The position numbers and the translations under genes are program-made. Source: a virus (taxonomy: Duplodnaviria > Heunggongvirae > Uroviricota > Caudoviricetes). From it: 35,123 nt of DNA. Under the pieces are notes generated by a model. It ran no database searches. It saw nothing but the letters and a program-made list of their open reading frames with translations, and was not told the DNA's origin. Positions 32,627 through 35,123 of the stretch are shown in pieces. The stretch lies in IMG/VR virus record IMGVR_UViG_3300048591_000212; one strand, 5' to 3'. Each line of letters begins with the position of its first letter. Positions within the stretch are counted from its first letter, which is position 1.

Positions 32627-32827
32627 ATGAAACATCGTGATTTTATGGGTAAGTTGATCGAAGTTGATGACGTTCTTGTTGTGACCAAGCACACTCGTAC
32701 TAGTGTGGCTCTAAAGCTGGCTCAGGTGCTAAAGATCTCCGACAAGAGCATCAAGGTAAAGAACCTGAAAGGCGAAGATGAATTTATTGTTTACTCGACG
32801 GCAAATTGTGTAAAGGTAGAGGTATAA
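32627..32827 (+). CDS. Small SH3-like beta hypothetical protein
   Basis: GGAG SD; MKHRDFMGKLIEVDDVLVV. Confidence 0.65.
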   Translation: MKHRDFMGKLIEVDDVLVVTKHTRTSVALKLAQVLKISDKSIKVKNLKGEDEFIVYSTANCVKVEV

Positions 32828-32828
32828 T

Positions 32829-33320
32829 ATGTTAAACTCGATTATGATTGCTTTGATGCTGGCTATTACTCCAGCGTCCACTGATTTTTGTAAGACCTAT
32901 CCAACTTTATGTTCGGCTGATGGTTTGAATAGAACAAACTCGTATAAGACAACCAGTACCGGGGCGGTGATGCCAGCATGGTATAATGAGGATTTAACTG
33001 CTCTCGCTCGAAATAGTCAAGCACAAGAACCTTCTCCAGTTCCAGATAATTCTGTTATTGTTTGGAAATTAGTTGGTGGTACTTTGCCTCCCGGCCTTTC
33101 TTTGTCTGCTGACGGCAAAATTACAGGAATGCCAACTATGGCGGGAAGATGGTTAATTAAAGTCAACGCAACGACTGAAACAGGAGTATATGATGAAAAG
33201 GATTTTACTATCATCATTAATCCTCTCTTCACTATCACCACAACCGAAATTCCAAATCCTGTTTTGGGTTCACCATTTAGTTTTTCTTTCACTAGTGATC
33301 TGAAGAAAGAATTGAATTAG
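32829..33320 (+). CDS. Signal-peptide protein with a putative Ig (He_PIG-like) domain
   Basis: WKLVGGTLPPGLSLSADGKITGMPT.AG; ITTTEIP. Confidence 0.8.
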   Translation: MLNSIMIALMLAITPASTDFCKTYPTLCSADGLNRTNSYKTTSTGAVMPAWYNEDLTALARNSQAQEPSPVPDNSVIVWKLVGGTLPPGLSLSADGKITGMPTMAGRWLIKVNATTETGVYDEKDFTIIINPLFTITTTEIPNPVLGSPFSFSFTSDLKKELN

Positions 33321-33323
33321 AAT

Positions 33324-33584
33324 ATGAAATTTTATAGAATTCTAGATAAAATATCTGGTAAGTTTCTCGGTGCTGGCGGAAAGGATAGTGACAAGGAAGG
33401 AAAGGTCTGGAATCAAAGAACTATCAAACTTGCTATTAACAATATGTCTGGTTGGTATGGAAAATATTCTGATAAACATTTTCTTCGTGATTGTGAATTG
33501 ATCGAGTATGATCTGGTAGAAACTGGTATGAGAATGAATCCGATTGAGTTTTATATGGACAGTAAGAAGAAAAAGACTAAATAG
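33324..33584 (+). CDS. Hypothetical protein
   Basis: 86-aa ORF. Confidence 0.7.
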   Translation: MKFYRILDKISGKFLGAGGKDSDKEGKVWNQRTIKLAINNMSGWYGKYSDKHFLRDCELIEYDLVETGMRMNPIEFYMDSKKKKTK

Positions 33585-33595
33585 TGTATTGTGTC

Positions 33596-33647
33596 GCCCT
33601 CTTCGTTTAGTGGTAGGACTGCGGATTCCAAACCCGCAAGCAGGGCA
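33596..33647 (+). pseudogene. tRNA-Trp(CCA) lacking the T arm
   Basis: GCCCTCT, GTTT-AGTGGTA-GGAC D arm, GCGGA-TTCCAAA-CCCGC anticodon arm, then AAGCAGGGC. Confidence 0.65.
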
Positions 33648-33815
33648 GGTCGATGTTGATAATCTGGAATATGAACTTCGGAATGATCCAGAATTTGATA
33701 TGATTGACGAAGAGTTCTTTTTACATGTGTGTAGTGAGGAAACGGCTTCGTGGGTCTTAAATAACTGTTTGAATTATAAGATAATTGATTTCAGGATTAA
33801 AGAAAATGGAGTATT

Positions 33816-34862
33816 ATGAAAGAAGATGTTTTCTGTGTCAATTGCAAATATTTTGATGATAGTTTACTTGGTGGGTATGGAGACAACATTCGCTATCGGA
33901 AATGTAAAAAGCCAATTCAGACCAAAAATATCGGCTCATACCCCGTATTAGGTGACACGGCAGTAGAGTCCAAAGAGCGAAGGTTCATGTCTCAGAGAAA
34001 TGTAGATCTAAGATGTGGACATTATGTGTATATTCCAGAGAACGCGAAGTCTTTGAAGAGAAAGTTGGTTGAATGGTTTTGTGGAGTGAGGACTCAGGCA
34101 ATCGCAGCGATCCTAGAGAAAATTGATTCGGTGGCTCCGATTCTGGATGAAATGAGCGAACTCTCACTCCCGAAGTGGCCCCAGATGATCGTCCGTGGTC
34201 TGTCTGTTACTCAAGAACAGGCCAAGGAAGTGATTCGGAGGACGGATAAATCTTTTGGCCCATTCGAAATCGGAAATTTGTATTCTAAATTCCCGGCCCG
34301 AATCTGTGAGAAAATCGGGCATCCAGTTGAGGAGGCAGGTGATATTGGCGTTTTATATCAGTATGATAGGTGGCTGGATTGGTCCCAAAAATGGGGCTAT
34401 ATTCAATGTGATTTTGTATACAATAATTGGATTGAGAAGTACTGTGTTCATGGCCCTGCTGGTTGGATGAATCCAGATGGAAAGATTCAGTATGGTTTCA
34501 ACGTCGGAAAGTGGCCTTCAATTGATTGTCTGCTCCAAGAATGGAAAGTTTTGGCGAAGGAATTTCCTTTTATTAATCTTTTTGTGATTTTGATGAGCGG
34601 AGAATATTGTGAAGATGGGACCGTCCCGGTTGTCGGAATTCGAGTGAAGGACGGAAGTGCCAGACTGTTTGATCCGGCTGATGTTGATTGGTCAAATTTT
34701 GATATCTTCGGAAGTCCTATTTCCGAGGATCAACTTGACGATAATATCTATCGGCTCATGGATCAGGGAGGCCGTTCGAAGGCAGACGAGGTTCCGGGGT
34801 GGTGTGCTATCCCGCTTGAGTGGTTTGACGAGTGGGGAGAAAAATTCTTCAAGAAGGCTTGA
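33816..34862 (+). CDS. Hypothetical protein (N-terminal CxxC region, Trp-rich C-terminal domain)
   Basis: GGAG SD; 348-aa ORF. Confidence 0.75.
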   Translation: MKEDVFCVNCKYFDDSLLGGYGDNIRYRKCKKPIQTKNIGSYPVLGDTAVESKERRFMSQRNVDLRCGHYVYIPENAKSLKRKLVEWFCGVRTQAIAAILEKIDSVAPILDEMSELSLPKWPQMIVRGLSVTQEQAKEVIRRTDKSFGPFEIGNLYSKFPARICEKIGHPVEEAGDIGVLYQYDRWLDWSQKWGYIQCDFVYNNWIEKYCVHGPAGWMNPDGKIQYGFNVGKWPSIDCLLQEWKVLAKEFPFINLFVILMSGEYCEDGTVPVVGIRVKDGSARLFDPADVDWSNFDIFGSPISEDQLDDNIYRLMDQGGRSKADEVPGWCAIPLEWFDEWGEKFFKKA

Positions 34863-34887
34863 CAAACGCTGACCGAAGTGATATACT
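34859..34887 (+). promoter_or_regulatory. sigma70 promoter
   Basis: TTGACA-17-TATACT. Confidence 0.85.
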
Positions 34888-34894
34888 AAATAAT

Positions 34895-35123
34895 GTAAGG
34901 GATGGAGAGAACGTCGAAGCCGAGTAAGGGCTAATCGTAGAACGGCGGGACTGCCCTGTTAGTTCAAGGATGCTGGTTAATTGAATTCCAGTAAGACGTT
35001 CTTTGGGTTTGAGAGGATGCCGACATAAAAACCGTCTAAGGTATCCAGATTGGGTTGGAATAATGTGGAGATGTATAATCTTCCGGCACCCAATGTCCTC
35101 TCAAGTAACAAACCGTTCGTTCT
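34895..35123 (+). ncRNA. 5' part of a large structured ncRNA (cut off by the window end)
   Basis: No long ORF; AGAACGTC/GACGTTCT, TTGAGAGGA/TCCTCTCAA, ATTGGGT/ACCCAAT helices. Confidence 0.6.

Noticed and set aside
33544-33819. 91-aa CDS as listed in the ORF track
   Set aside because: Its N-terminal part overlaps the previous gene and the tRNA-Trp relic; only the C-terminal half looks protein-like.
1-35123. Stop-codon reassignment
   Set aside because: Core genes are full length in code 11, all three stop codons are used, and no suppressor tRNA is seen.

Overview
This window is a segment of a large, lytic, T4-like myophage genome using the standard genetic code. (1) 1-16.9 kb (+) is the late virion module: putative head-packaged proteins, then gp17 terminase, gp18 sheath, gp19 tube, gp20 portal, a gp67-like gene, an inserted GC-rich LRR/signal-peptide cassette, a gp68-like gene, gp21 protease, gp22 scaffold and gp23 capsid, with TATAAATA late promoters. 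(2) 16.9-27.4 kb (-) and 27.45-35.1 kb (+) are divergent early regions with near-consensus sigma70 promoters, several apparently leaderless. They encode NADAR, a GGQ release-factor-like protein, DNA ligase, an Rnl2/DRB0094-type RNA ligase, two Rmf-like proteins, a frameshifted endonuclease, about 9 tRNAs (most without encoded CCA) and many non-canonical tRNA-like or structured RNAs. The two most notable signals are a CCA-adding enzyme/GNAT/repeat-domain polyprotein with a T4-type capsid-targeting leader and gp21-type cleavage sites at every domain junction, and a tRNA-Asn whose anticodon is interrupted by a 48-nt mini-tRNA-like insert. Together they suggest a virion-delivered tRNA maturation/repair and translation-rescue system (inference). 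All calls were made by eye, without database searches or folding software.
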